Assembly: GCA_002254405.1 (NCBI GenBank)
Contig: NJDH01000001.1
Location: forward strand, 1 to 53,624
Direction of reading: 5' to 3'
DNA length: 53,624 nucleotides
DNA from: Candidatus Altiarchaeales archaeon ex4484_96
Lineage (GTDB): Archaea; Altiarchaeota; Altiarchaeia; IMC4; QMZM01
Every line of letters starts with the position of its first letter. Positions within the stretch are counted from its first letter, which is position 1. Under the pieces are notes generated by a model. The model ran no database searches. It saw only the letters and a program-made list of their open reading frames with translations, and had not been told where the DNA came from. The position numbers were made by a program, and so were the translations under genes. This document shows positions 29,129 to 38,329 of this stretch, in pieces.

Positions 29129-29660
29129 TTGTTTTTTTCCTGGATTTAGATGGTTTCTTTTTTTTGCGCAGATACTTTTTTTTGCCCTCGAGATCAAAAA
29201 AATAATCAGCTGCATCAATCAGATGAGAGGAAGCGCTCTTGCGGAAGGCCATCACCTCCACCCGGCAGCCCTGGCCGTTGAGGTATCTGACCAGGTCCGT
29301 GAAATCCCCGTCCCCGGATACCAGAACAACAGTATCAAGCTTGGGGGCCATTCTTATGGCGTCCATCGCCAGGCCGACATCCCAGTCTCCTTTCTTATGG
29401 CCGCCTGCGAAAACCTGCAGGTCCTTGCTTCGCACATCAAAACCCATGTTTTCAAGAGCCTCAAAGAAGCTGCCCTCCTCCTCTCCGATGTCGGCTTTGA
29501 TGACGTAGGCGAAGGCCCGGATAAGGTTTCTTCCTTGGACGGCGTCGTTTAATATAATCCTGAAGTCTACTTTGCTGTTGTATAGGTTTATCGCGCTGTA
29601 GTACATGTTTTGTATGTCAACGAAAACCCCCACGCGCTGGTTAACGTGAAATCCTTTCAT
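29106..29660 (-). CDS. NYN-domain (LabA/DUF88-like) predicted RNase
   Basis: VGVFVDIQNMYYSA and VLVSGDGDFTDLV motifs. Lys-rich C-terminal tail. 184 aa. Confidence 0.7.
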   Translation of the reverse strand: MKGFHVNQRVGVFVDIQNMYYSAINLYNSKVDFRIILNDAVQGRNLIRAFAYVIKADIGEEEGSFFEALENMGFDVRSKDLQVFAGGHKKGDWDVGLAMDAIRMAPKLDTVVLVSGDGDFTDLVRYLNGQGCRVEVMAFRKSASSHLIDAADYFFDLEGKKKYLRKKKKPSKSRKKTTNPGKNK

Positions 29661-29753
29661 ATGAATGTATTAGAGCAGGCAGGTAATAAACACGGGTGTT
29701 TTATTCACTGTATCTGATATATTATAGTGGTGTTTTGCTGCACTAGATAACAT

Positions 29754-31241
29754 ATGTTTTTTTTGTCTAGTATTATGAGTTTGAAGACTATGAAGTCCCC
29801 TGAATCCGGGGACAGGCTGATTATTGTATCCAACCGGGAGCCCTGCATACATGAGAGAAACAAAAGAAACAAGTATAGTATTCCAACCGGGGGTTTGGTT
29901 TCTGCATTAAACCCGGTAATGAGCTCATGCCATGGTTTATGGGTTGCATGGGGGTCCGGTAGGGGGGACTTTAAGGTAGTGGATGAGGAAAACAGGATAG
30001 GGGTGCCCCCTGAAGACCCGGCTTATGTGTTGAAGAGGGTGCAGCTTGGTAAAGAGGAGGTTGAGGGGTTCTATCACGGGTTCTCAAACAGCATAATGTG
30101 GCCTATATGTCATTCCTTCATAAGCAAGGTTGAGTTTAAACCAGAGTATTGGAACCAGTACCAGAGGGTTAATCAGAAATTCTCTCAGGCGGTTAATTCC
30201 GAGATTGTTGACCTCAAAAGAGATTATATCTGGGTTCACGACTATCATCTGAGCCTTGTTCCAGGATATATCAGGGAGAAAAACAGTGAAGCAAGAATAT
30301 CTTTTTTCTGGCATGTTCCCTGGCCGCCTTGGGAGATGTTCGGTCGGCTTCCCTGGAGAAGAGATATACTCAAAGGCTTGTTAAACTGTGATCTCATCGG
30401 GTTCCAGACCGAATCCCATCTCAGAAACTTTCTTGACTCAGTCAGGCGGGGCACTAACGCCTACGTGGATGAGAAAAAAAGGTTTATCAGGGTGAACGAC
30501 AGGGAGATACACGTGGATGATTTCCCTATTGGGATAGATTTTGATAAATTCAACTGCTTTCACAGGAACGAAAAAAAAATAAACGCCTCAGATGATTTGA
30601 TGGATGAATTCAATGGGTTGAAAATTATCTTGGGCGTGGACAGGTTAGACTACACCAAGGGCATATTACATCGTCTGGAAGCCTATCAGAGGTTTCTGGA
30701 GAAGTATCCGATATATCAGGGGGGGGTGATTTTTCTGCAGATAATGAATCCAAGCAGATGGAGGGTGAACGAGTACCAGAAGATGAAGAAAAGCGTAGAG
30801 GCGGCTGTTGGCAGGATAAACGGCAAGTTCAGTAGAGTCGATTGGACTCCGATAAAATATTTCTACCGGAAATTCAGCCAAGAGCAGTTGATGTATTATT
30901 ATCACATATCCGATGTTGCTTTGATAACTCCCTTAATCGATGGTATGAATCTTGTTGCTAAGGAGTTTCTGGCAACAAACAAGGACAAGGGGATGCTTGT
31001 TTTAAGCGAGTTTGCTGGAGCAGCAGGTCAGCTTAATAAATCGATATTGGTTAATCCATATGATTGTGAGGGGATGGCTGATTCAATAAAGCAGGCGCTG
31101 GAGATGCCCGAGAAAGAGAAGAGAATCAGGTGTCATCACATGAAGAACATTATCGAGGATATGGATATCGTATGGTGGCTTGATAATTTTTTCGGTTCCT
31201 GGGCTCGGGTATATGATGCTGAATCCATGGATTTCGGTTAA
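29754..31241 (+). CDS. otsA: Trehalose-6-phosphate synthase (GT20)
   Basis: IIVSNREP and [12 protein letters not shown], with GT20 architecture. The real start may be an internal Met (29775 or 29790). Confidence 0.85.
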   Translation: MFFLSSIMSLKTMKSPESGDRLIIVSNREPCIHERNKRNKYSIPTGGLVSALNPVMSSCHGLWVAWGSGRGDFKVVDEENRIGVPPEDPAYVLKRVQLGKEEVEGFYHGFSNSIMWPICHSFISKVEFKPEYWNQYQRVNQKFSQAVNSEIVDLKRDYIWVHDYHLSLVPGYIREKNSEARISFFWHVPWPPWEMFGRLPWRRDILKGLLNCDLIGFQTESHLRNFLDSVRRGTNAYVDEKKRFIRVNDREIHVDDFPIGIDFDKFNCFHRNEKKINASDDLMDEFNGLKIILGVDRLDYTKGILHRLEAYQRFLEKYPIYQGGVIFLQIMNPSRWRVNEYQKMKKSVEAAVGRINGKFSRVDWTPIKYFYRKFSQEQLMYYYHISDVALITPLIDGMNLVAKEFLATNKDKGMLVLSEFAGAAGQLNKSILVNPYDCEGMADSIKQALEMPEKEKRIRCHHMKNIIEDMDIVWWLDNFFGSWARVYDAESMDFG

Positions 31242-31252
31242 CAGTGATATAA

Positions 31253-32035
31253 ATGAAACACCTCCTGGAATGCTGGGATAAGCTTGCAGATGATTTCAAC
31301 GTAAATGAGGTTTTTATTTTGTTGGATTGTGATGGAACCCTCACACCGATAGTGGATTATCCCGGGAACGCAATTCTTGATAATGCGGTTAAGGATGTTC
31401 TCAGAGAGTTAAGCCGAAAATATATGGTTGCTATCATAAGCGGGCGCTCTTTGGTTGATGTTAAATCATTGGTTGATGTTGGAGGTATTTATTATGCTGG
31501 AAACCATGGATTTGAGATCAGCGGACCGGGTATCAATTTACATAAACCGGGTCTTGTAAGCATCAAGCCGTTAATGGAGGAAATCAGCCTTAATCTGATG
31601 GAGTTTTTTAAGGACATAGATGGTGTTTTGGTGGAAAACAAGGGGGTGACGGTTTCCCTGCATTACCGGATGGTTTCACCTGAAAAACGCAGGAGGGTTA
31701 AAAGGCTTTTTTTGGAGCGTATTGCGGAGTATGTTGACGGGGGGAAGCTGAGGTTTAGCTCTGGTAAGATGGTTTATGAGATAAGACCGGATATTGACTG
31801 GGATAAGGGTGCAGCTGTTAGGTGGCTTGTTGACTCGTTGGGCAAGCAAGACAACCTGCTCGTGTACGTGGGTGATGATAGAACAGACGAGGATGCGTTC
31901 GGGGCTTTGGGGGAGGGGGATGTTGCTGTTTTGGTCTGCGCTGATGGGGTCCGGGATTCGTTGGCTGATTATTTCTTGCGGGATGTTTCTGAGGTAAGAA
32001 ATTTCCTGCATCTGTTGTCTTCCGTAAAAGATTAA
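31253..32035 (+). CDS. otsB: Trehalose-6-phosphate phosphatase (HAD)
   Basis: LLDCDGTLTPIV (HAD motif I) and GDDRTDEDAF (motif IV). 260 aa. Confidence 0.85.
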   Translation: MKHLLECWDKLADDFNVNEVFILLDCDGTLTPIVDYPGNAILDNAVKDVLRELSRKYMVAIISGRSLVDVKSLVDVGGIYYAGNHGFEISGPGINLHKPGLVSIKPLMEEISLNLMEFFKDIDGVLVENKGVTVSLHYRMVSPEKRRRVKRLFLERIAEYVDGGKLRFSSGKMVYEIRPDIDWDKGAAVRWLVDSLGKQDNLLVYVGDDRTDEDAFGALGEGDVAVLVCADGVRDSLADYFLRDVSEVRNFLHLLSSVKD

Positions 32036-32056
32036 TAGATTAAATACGTTTTTCTA

Positions 32057-33259
32057 TTGAGGGTTATGAAGAAGAGATTAGATGATTACCGGGATGTTGT
32101 ATTAGATGAGGTTGTTGACTTAATCTATGAGCAGGCCCATAAGCTGTCAGATAAACACGTGGTTCACGTGAATTCCACATACGAGGGTGGTGGTGTGGCT
32201 GAGATGCTTAAATCGGTTGTGCCCTTGTTAAATGATGCTGGGGTGAAAACGGGGTGGAGGATATTGTTTGGTTCATATGGGTTCTACAAGATAACCAAGG
32301 AATTCCATAACGCGCTTCAGGGAGATGAGTTAACCCTCTCCGCCGAGAAAAAAAACAGATATGAGGAGTTGAATGCGAACAATTCCAGCTTCATGCACCT
32401 GGACCATGATTATGTGATAATACACGACCCCCAACCTCTTCCTTTAATACGTTTTGTTAAGAAAAAGCAGCCTTGGATTTGGAGGGCGCACATCGACCTG
32501 TCCAACCCCAACCAGAGTCTTTTATCTTATCTGAAAAAATTTATCGTGATGTATGATTCCATTATTGTATCCCGGGAAAGCTATATGCTGCCGTATGATA
32601 TGCATCAGGCCGTGATTCATCCATCCATAGACCCTTTAACATTAAAAAACAGGGATATGGATGAGGATAGGGTGTCAAAGCTTTTAGGGGATTTTAAAAT
32701 AACGCAGGATAAACCGATAATATCCCAGGTTTCTCGTTTTGACCGGTGGAAGGATCCAAATGGTGTTATAAGGGTTTATGATAGGGTAAGGAAAAAAATC
32801 GACTGCAGTCTTGTTTTGCTGGGCTCAACCGCGTTCGACGACCCTGAGGGTGAAGCAATCTATCATGATGTGTTAAATCAGGTAAACGAGTACGAAGACG
32901 TTCATGTTATCTCTCAGGCAAACGATAACCTGGTTAATGCCGTGCAGAGAGCCTCCAGCGTTGTGTTGCAAAAATCTGTTCGTGAGGGTTTTGCCTTAAC
33001 CGTCTCCGAGGCTCTTTGGAAGGAAACCCCTGTTGTAGCCTCTAATGTGGGGGGGATTCCGCTGCAGGTTAAAGACGGTTTTAATGGTTATCTCGTCGAG
33101 CCCACAGATTATAATAAATGCGCTGAGAGAGTGATTAAGCTATTATCTGATCCCAGGAAGGCCCACAAGATGGGAGTGAACGGGCGTAAGTACGTGAAAG
33201 ATAATTTTTTGGTGACCCGACATCTTTTGGACTGGATTAAATTTCTCGGGGAAATATAA
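32057..33259 (+). CDS. GT4 glycosyltransferase, TreT-like trehalose glycosyltransferring synthase
   Basis: VHVNSTYEGGGVAEML, FHNALQG, WRAHIDLS, SRFDRWKDP and SVREGFALTVSEALWK match my recollection of Thermococcales TreT along the whole length. Confidence 0.65.
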   Translation: MRVMKKRLDDYRDVVLDEVVDLIYEQAHKLSDKHVVHVNSTYEGGGVAEMLKSVVPLLNDAGVKTGWRILFGSYGFYKITKEFHNALQGDELTLSAEKKNRYEELNANNSSFMHLDHDYVIIHDPQPLPLIRFVKKKQPWIWRAHIDLSNPNQSLLSYLKKFIVMYDSIIVSRESYMLPYDMHQAVIHPSIDPLTLKNRDMDEDRVSKLLGDFKITQDKPIISQVSRFDRWKDPNGVIRVYDRVRKKIDCSLVLLGSTAFDDPEGEAIYHDVLNQVNEYEDVHVISQANDNLVNAVQRASSVVLQKSVREGFALTVSEALWKETPVVASNVGGIPLQVKDGFNGYLVEPTDYNKCAERVIKLLSDPRKAHKMGVNGRKYVKDNFLVTRHLLDWIKFLGEI

Positions 33260-33281
33260 AGAATCGATTATATTTTTTTAC

Positions 33282-34346
33282 ATGAGCTTGGATTTATCTA
33301 CCGTAAGTGGTTTAACCGCATCATTTGAGGGTGATCTTATTCTTTCCATGGTTGTTTTTTTCCTCACCGTGTCGGTTTTTAGGCTGTTTAAGTTTTTTAT
33401 ACTACATAAACTGCAGGATATGGCTAAAAAAACAGGCTCTGAGTTTGATGATTTGTTGATTGAGATGATACGCGAGATAAAGTGGCCTTTTTATGTCTTG
33501 CTTGCTCTTTATTTCTCGCTTAATTTCTTGGATTTTGGCTATTCGGTTTTTGCCTTACAGACCCTGGAATATGTTCTTCTAATTATCGCAGCCTATTATG
33601 TGATTAAATCAGTGCAAACAGGCATAGACTACGCAACCAGAAAGGTTGTTTTGATGAAAAAAGAGGATGAGGAGGTGGAGGATGTTTCCCTCATCAACAA
33701 CCTGTCTAGCATCCTTAAAGCCTTGGTATGGGGTGTTGTGATCATTATAATACTTGATAATCTGGGATATGACATTAATGCCCTGATAGCGGGGTTTGGT
33801 ATTGGGGGAATCGCTTTGGCTCTTGCTGCCCAAAACATAGCTGAGGATCTTTTCAGCTCTCTTTCCATCCATTTTGATAAGCCTTTTGTTGTGGGGGATT
33901 TTATTGTGGTGGGCTCTGATCCTGGCACCGTGAAAAATATCGGGATAAAGAGCACAAGGATACAGACACTACAGGGTGAGGAGCTTGTTGTATCCAACCG
34001 GGAGCTGACCTCCAGCAGGATACACAACTACAAGAAGATGGAGAAACGCCGTGTTGTGTTTGGTTTCGGGGTGACCTATGAGACACCCACCGATAAGCTT
34101 AAGATGATTCCCTCTATTGTCGAGGGGGTTTTTTCCTCGGTTGATGGTGTTAATCTTGATAGGGTTCATTTTAAGGAGTTCGCTGATTTCAGCCTGAATT
34201 ATGAGGTGGTTTATCATGTCATGTCCGGTGACTACAACCTTTATATGGATTACCAGCAGGCTATTAATCTGGGGATAAAGCAGGGGCTTGAGGAGGCTGG
34301 TGTTGACATGGCTTATCCGACTCAGACGATTTATCTAAACCAGTGA
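33282..34346 (+). CDS. mscS: Small-conductance mechanosensitive channel (MscS family)
   Basis: TM helices, then GFGIGGIALALAAQNIAEDLFSSL and GTVKNIGIKSTRIQTLQGEELVVSN. 354 aa. Confidence 0.8.
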   Translation: MSLDLSTVSGLTASFEGDLILSMVVFFLTVSVFRLFKFFILHKLQDMAKKTGSEFDDLLIEMIREIKWPFYVLLALYFSLNFLDFGYSVFALQTLEYVLLIIAAYYVIKSVQTGIDYATRKVVLMKKEDEEVEDVSLINNLSSILKALVWGVVIIIILDNLGYDINALIAGFGIGGIALALAAQNIAEDLFSSLSIHFDKPFVVGDFIVVGSDPGTVKNIGIKSTRIQTLQGEELVVSNRELTSSRIHNYKKMEKRRVVFGFGVTYETPTDKLKMIPSIVEGVFSSVDGVNLDRVHFKEFADFSLNYEVVYHVMSGDYNLYMDYQQAINLGIKQGLEEAGVDMAYPTQTIYLNQ

Positions 34347-34351
34347 GTTTT

Positions 34352-34369
34352 GCCCTTTTGGGCTTTTTT
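34352..34369 (+). terminator. Hairpin GCCC-TTTT-GGGC followed by T6
   Basis: Lies 6 nt after the mscS stop. Short stem-loop plus an oligo-T tract. Confidence 0.5.
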
Positions 34370-34394
34370 ATATCCTGAGGATTAAATAGATACT

Positions 34395-34817
34395 ATGCAC
34401 CGCAAAGGCAGGCCCAAGTGCATCAGGATAGTAAAAGATAAACCAGGAATAGACTACTTCAAGCCAAGGGGCACACCCTTGAATAAACTGAAATCAGTGA
34501 TATTAAGCATAGAGGAGATAGAGGCTATGAGGCTGGTGGACCTTGAGGGGTTGGAGCAGGAAAAAGCCGCTAAAGAGATGAAGGTATCCAGAAGAACCCT
34601 GGCAAGAGACCTTAAAAGAGGGCGCAAAAAGACCGTTGAGGCACTGGTTGAGGGCAAGGCTATTGAAATCCGAGGTGGTTTTTTTGCCACAGAAGATGGG
34701 GTTTTTATCTGCAGGGAATGCAGCCACGAATGGGTTGCACCATCAGGAGAAGGCAAACCCACACGCTGCCCCGAGTGCGATGTGAAAGACATCAGGAGGA
34801 TGATACAAAATGGATAA
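34395..34817 (+). CDS. DUF134-family predicted DNA-binding protein with C-terminal zinc ribbon
   Basis: GRPKCIRIV...YFKPRG and an HTH-like segment [25 protein letters not shown]-terminal CRECSHEW...CPECD. Confidence 0.7.
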   Translation: MHRKGRPKCIRIVKDKPGIDYFKPRGTPLNKLKSVILSIEEIEAMRLVDLEGLEQEKAAKEMKVSRRTLARDLKRGRKKTVEALVEGKAIEIRGGFFATEDGVFICRECSHEWVAPSGEGKPTRCPECDVKDIRRMIQNG

Positions 34818-35625
34818 TAAGGATATGGCTAAATTAAACCAGCTTGTACATGATCGGATGGGGGATATTGAGCGGAAAATCATGGTCATGAGCGGTAAAG
34901 GCGGTGTGGGTAAGACAACAATAGCGGTTAATCTGTCATTCGGCCTGCAGATGAACGGTTTGAGAACCGGGATACTTGACGCTGACCTGCATGGCCCTAA
35001 TGTCCCCCAGATGCTGGGGATTTCAGATGAAAAACTTAATGCAACAGAGGACTCTATTATTCCCGCCAGGATACCCTTGGGTGTGGACATGAATCTTAAG
35101 GCCATGTCCATTGCTTTTATGATAAAAAAAGACGACCCTGTCGTGTGGAGAGGCCCACTTAAAATGAATGCACTGCAGCAGTTTCTGGGTCAGGTTGATT
35201 GGGGCAAACTTGATTATCTTATAGTGGATTTGCCGCCCGGAACAGGGGATGAACCTTTGTCTATCGCGCAGTTGATTCCTGACATCCACGGGTCTATTGT
35301 TGTGACAACACCCCAGGAGGTTGCTTTATCCGATTCAAGGCGTGCTGTGAACTTTTCCAAGAAGCTGGGTGTTCGGGTTCTCGGCATAGTTGAGAACATG
35401 TCTGGTTTTGTTTGCCCTAAATGTGGGGAAGAAACCTATCTGTTTAAGAGAGGGGGTGGGGAGAAGGCGGCCAGCGAGCTTGGGGTGCCTTTCCTTGGTA
35501 GGATACCGATTGACCCCGATATAGTGCAGGACAGCGATGTGGGGCAGCCGTATATACTGTCGCATAAGGACTCTTCTGCATCAAATTCCATTATGGATAT
35601 CATAGATAAAATAAGAGGTGATTGA
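34810..35625 (+). CDS. Mrp/NBP35 (ApbC) family Fe-S cluster carrier ATPase
   Basis: [11 protein letters not shown] deviant Walker A and CPKCGEE cluster-ligand motif. 271 aa. Confidence 0.85.
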   Translation: MDNKDMAKLNQLVHDRMGDIERKIMVMSGKGGVGKTTIAVNLSFGLQMNGLRTGILDADLHGPNVPQMLGISDEKLNATEDSIIPARIPLGVDMNLKAMSIAFMIKKDDPVVWRGPLKMNALQQFLGQVDWGKLDYLIVDLPPGTGDEPLSIAQLIPDIHGSIVVTTPQEVALSDSRRAVNFSKKLGVRVLGIVENMSGFVCPKCGEETYLFKRGGGEKAASELGVPFLGRIPIDPDIVQDSDVGQPYILSHKDSSASNSIMDIIDKIRGD

Positions 35626-35968
35626 TATGGATAGTATGAAGGATAAACTTAAGGAAGCACAGGATACGATGGCGGTTTTAGGTAAGGATTATCCAAGGCT
35701 GCAGGGGCCATTTGGTGTGTTAAAGAGGCATAGTTCTGAAAAAGACGGCGCTCTTGATGTGAAGACCAAGAAATTGATTGCGGTGGCGTTGGCTCTTTGC
35801 GCTGGATGCGAGTATTGTATTGCTCTTCACACGAAGGGGGCATTGGATGCCGGGGCGACAAAAGACGAGCTTGTTGAAACAGGTTATGTTGCTGTTTTGA
35901 TGGGTGGCGGACCTCCCTTAACTTATATGGCCAAGCTTTTGAAGGCTGTTGAGGAGTTCAGCGAGTAG
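35618..35968 (+). CDS. Carboxymuconolactone decarboxylase / AhpD-like family protein
   Basis: [11 protein letters not shown] CxxC motif in an AhpD-like helical context. 116 aa. Confidence 0.7.
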   Translation: MIDMDSMKDKLKEAQDTMAVLGKDYPRLQGPFGVLKRHSSEKDGALDVKTKKLIAVALALCAGCEYCIALHTKGALDAGATKDELVETGYVAVLMGGGPPLTYMAKLLKAVEEFSE

Positions 35969-36037
35969 ATGTTTTGTATTTATATAGCTGAATGTAGAAT
36001 AAATAATAAAGCCCTTATGGGCAAAAGAGGTGATATT

Positions 36038-36346
36038 ATGCCAGCAGGAGACGGAACAGGACCCCAGGGAACAGGAGGCAGATGCACTCCACTATGGAGA
36101 AGCGGCCAGATACCCCAACCAACAGGCAGGCCAATGGGATACGGTGGAGGGGGTGGATTCGGTCGCGGAAGAGGCTACAGAAATGTTTATCGAGCCACAG
36201 GATTACCCTACTGGGCCAGGATGGATCAAACAACACCACACACGACCACACAAGAACCGCAGCAAACCCGCGAACAGGAGATACAGCAGCTTAAGCAGGA
36301 ACTCAGCGACATAAAAAAGAGGCTCAATGAACTCCAAAAACAATGA
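36038..36346 (+). CDS. DUF5320-family protein (MPxGDGTGP N-terminus, Gly/Arg-rich middle, C-terminal coiled coil)
   Basis: Start set at ATG 36038, preceded by GAGGTGAT. Contains MPAGDGTGPQGTGG..., GYGGGGGFGRGRGYR and REQEIQQLKQELSDIKKRLNELQKQ. Confidence 0.65.
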   Translation: MPAGDGTGPQGTGGRCTPLWRSGQIPQPTGRPMGYGGGGGFGRGRGYRNVYRATGLPYWARMDQTTPHTTTQEPQQTREQEIQQLKQELSDIKKRLNELQKQ

Positions 36347-36921
36347 AAATATGCGTATCAACAACAACAGGCGGCCTGGATGATGAGGTATCCCCGCTTT
36401 TTGGCAGATGCCCGAATTTCACTATAGTGGAAACAGAGGGTAAGCAAATAATAAACACCCAGGTGCTGGATAACCCCTATTCCGGAGCCGCAGGCGGAGC
36501 AGGCATACAGGCAGCCCAGTATGTAGCCAACCAGGGATGTGCCGCGGCTATTGCGGGAAACTACGGGCCTAACTCTTTCCCAATACTGCATAATTCAGGT
36601 GTTGAGGTGATTACCTCCCAGGGAATCAGCGTAAGAGATGCCGTAAATAAATACCTGAATGGTGAACTCAAGGCTCAATCTCAGGCTACCGGCCCGAGAT
36701 ATGGTGGAATGGGCGGTGGCATGGGAGCAGGCGGGGGCCGGGGAATGGGTAGAGGCATGGGAAGAGCTATGAGATTCACTTCACCCCCCACACCTCAAGC
36801 ACCAAGCCAACCGCAAAGCAGGGAAGATGAAATCCAGAACCTTGAGGAAGAGGCATTCAAGCTGGAGGAACAGCTGAAAAAAACCAAGGAAAAAATCAAT
36901 AAACTATCGGATGATAAATAG
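36343..36921 (+). CDS. NifX/NifB-like (dinitrogenase FeMo-cofactor biosynthesis domain) protein fused to a Gly/Met-rich linker and coiled coil
   Basis: MKICVSTTTGGLDDEVSPLFGRCPNFTIVE..., then GGMGGGMGAGGGRGMGRGMGRAM, then EDEIQNLEEEAFKLEEQLKKTKEKINKL. Confidence 0.75.
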   Translation: MKICVSTTTGGLDDEVSPLFGRCPNFTIVETEGKQIINTQVLDNPYSGAAGGAGIQAAQYVANQGCAAAIAGNYGPNSFPILHNSGVEVITSQGISVRDAVNKYLNGELKAQSQATGPRYGGMGGGMGAGGGRGMGRGMGRAMRFTSPPTPQAPSQPQSREDEIQNLEEEAFKLEEQLKKTKEKINKLSDDK

Positions 36922-36926
36922 ATAAA

Positions 36927-37103
36927 ATGCCTGGTGGAGACGGTAGAGGTCCTGCAATGGGCTCAGGTAGAGGACGGGCAGGAGGCGGGCCGAAAGACTG
37001 TGTTTGCCCATCCTGCGGTTATCGGGAAGCAAAGATTAGGGGTGTGCCCTGCGCACAAAAAACCTGTCCTAAATGCAGCATAGGGCTTGTAGGTGGGTTT
37101 TAA
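36927..37103 (+). CDS. 58-aa protein: DUF5320-type N-terminus plus CxxC...CxxC zinc ribbon (not in the ORF track)
   Basis: My translation is MPGGDGRGPAMGSGRGRAGGGPKDCVCPSCGYREAKIRGVPCAQKTCPKCSIGLVGGF*. It fills the 36922-37109 gap exactly, inside a coupled operon. Confidence 0.55.
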   Translation: MPGGDGRGPAMGSGRGRAGGGPKDCVCPSCGYREAKIRGVPCAQKTCPKCSIGLVGGF

Positions 37104-37109
37104 AAAAAA

Positions 37110-37499
37110 ATGAGGATAGCGGTTCCAAGCAACGGAAACAGAGGATTGGATGAGATGGTTGGAGAGCACTTTGGGAGAGTGCCATTTTATACTATAGTTG
37201 ACGATACAGATATGGATGTTAGGGTAATACCTAATTCAAGCCATCACATGGGAGGACAGGGTTACCCACCCCAACTCTTGGCCGAGGAGGGAGTTGACAT
37301 CATGGTATGCTCTTCCCTTGGAAGAAGAGCTGTTGATTTATTTGAAAATAAAGGGATCAGAGTTTATGTTGGAGCAACCGCAACAGTAAGGGACGCGATA
37401 GGGCAATGGCAATCAGGCAAACTAAACGAGGCAACCGATGAAAACGCCTGCAGGCAACATGCCTTCAGAGGAAGCGGCCAAGGCTATAAAACAAAATGA
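37110..37499 (+). CDS. NifX/NifB-like (orange-protein-like) domain protein
   Basis: MRIAVPSNGNRGLDEMVGEHFGRVPFYTIVD... and GVDIMVCSSLGRRAVDLFENKGIRVY. 129 aa. Confidence 0.75.
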   Translation: MRIAVPSNGNRGLDEMVGEHFGRVPFYTIVDDTDMDVRVIPNSSHHMGGQGYPPQLLAEEGVDIMVCSSLGRRAVDLFENKGIRVYVGATATVRDAIGQWQSGKLNEATDENACRQHAFRGSGQGYKTK

Positions 37500-38329
37500 T
37501 TACAGCCGTGGCAAGTGGCAAGGGAGGAACCGGAAAGACCACGGTAGCCGTCAACCTTGCTCTTTGCCTGGGCGAAATACAGCTTCTTGACTGTGATGTC
37601 GAGGAACCTAATGCTCATCTTTTTTTGAATCCAGTAATCGAAGAGAAAAAACCTGTTGAGGTGCTGATTCCCCTGATAAATGAAGAGCTTTGTGTCAGAT
37701 GCGGCAAATGCGCTGAATTCTGCCAGTATAATGCCTTGGCGGTTACCAAGGAATTGGTTATGTTTTTCCCGGAATTATGTCACTCATGCGGGGGTTGTGC
37801 GATAGTATGCCCGAATAATGCCATATCCGAGGGTAAACGCACCACGGGTGTTGTTGAAGTAGGGGGAAAAGATAAAATACGTTTCGTGCACGGCATACTT
37901 GAGGTGGGTGAGGCTATGGCTTCACCTGTTATATCTGAGGTGAAAAAACAAATAAACAAGGATGTGGACGCAATACTTGACGTCCCGCCGGGCACATCCT
38001 GCGCTGTTATTGAATCTGTTAGGGATTCCGACTACTGCATACTCGTAACCGAACCCACACCCTTTGGTTTAAACGACCTAAAACTTGCAGTAAACATGCT
38101 CAGGGAGATGAAAATACCCCATGGCGTGATAGTGAACCGCGCGGGGATAGGTGATGGGCGGGTGCAAGAATACTGCGATAAAGAGGGTATCAGGCTGTTG
38201 ATGGAGATACCTCATGACGAGCAGATAGCGGCTCTTTACTCAAACGGCATAGCTTTTGTCGAGAGGATGCCAGAGTACGAGAAAAAGTTCAGGCAGGTTT
38301 ATGAGGTCATCAAAAAGGAGGTTGGATGA
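37496..38329 (+). CDS. MinD/ParA-type P-loop ATPase with inserted 2x[4Fe-4S] ferredoxin domain
   Basis: ASGKGGTGKTT, CVRCGKCAEFC and CHSCGGCAIVCP. 277 aa. Confidence 0.8.
   Translation: MITAVASGKGGTGKTTVAVNLALCLGEIQLLDCDVEEPNAHLFLNPVIEEKKPVEVLIPLINEELCVRCGKCAEFCQYNALAVTKELVMFFPELCHSCGGCAIVCPNNAISEGKRTTGVVEVGGKDKIRFVHGILEVGEAMASPVISEVKKQINKDVDAILDVPPGTSCAVIESVRDSDYCILVTEPTPFGLNDLKLAVNMLREMKIPHGVIVNRAGIGDGRVQEYCDKEGIRLLMEIPHDEQIAALYSNGIAFVERMPEYEKKFRQVYEVIKKEVG

Noticed and set aside
33629-34027. 132-aa minus-strand ORF (and several shorter ones) inside mscS.
   Set aside because: It is antisense to a well-supported MscS gene and has no motifs.
35969-36037. 23-aa N-terminal extension of the DUF5320 ORF (MFCIYIAECRINNK...), plus the alternative-frame ORFs 36030-36314 and 36082-36294.
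   Set aside because: The family-defining MPxGDGTGP motif sits at ATG 36038, directly behind a GAGGTGAT ribosome-binding-like sequence. The other frames give Arg/Gln/Thr-rich strings without features.
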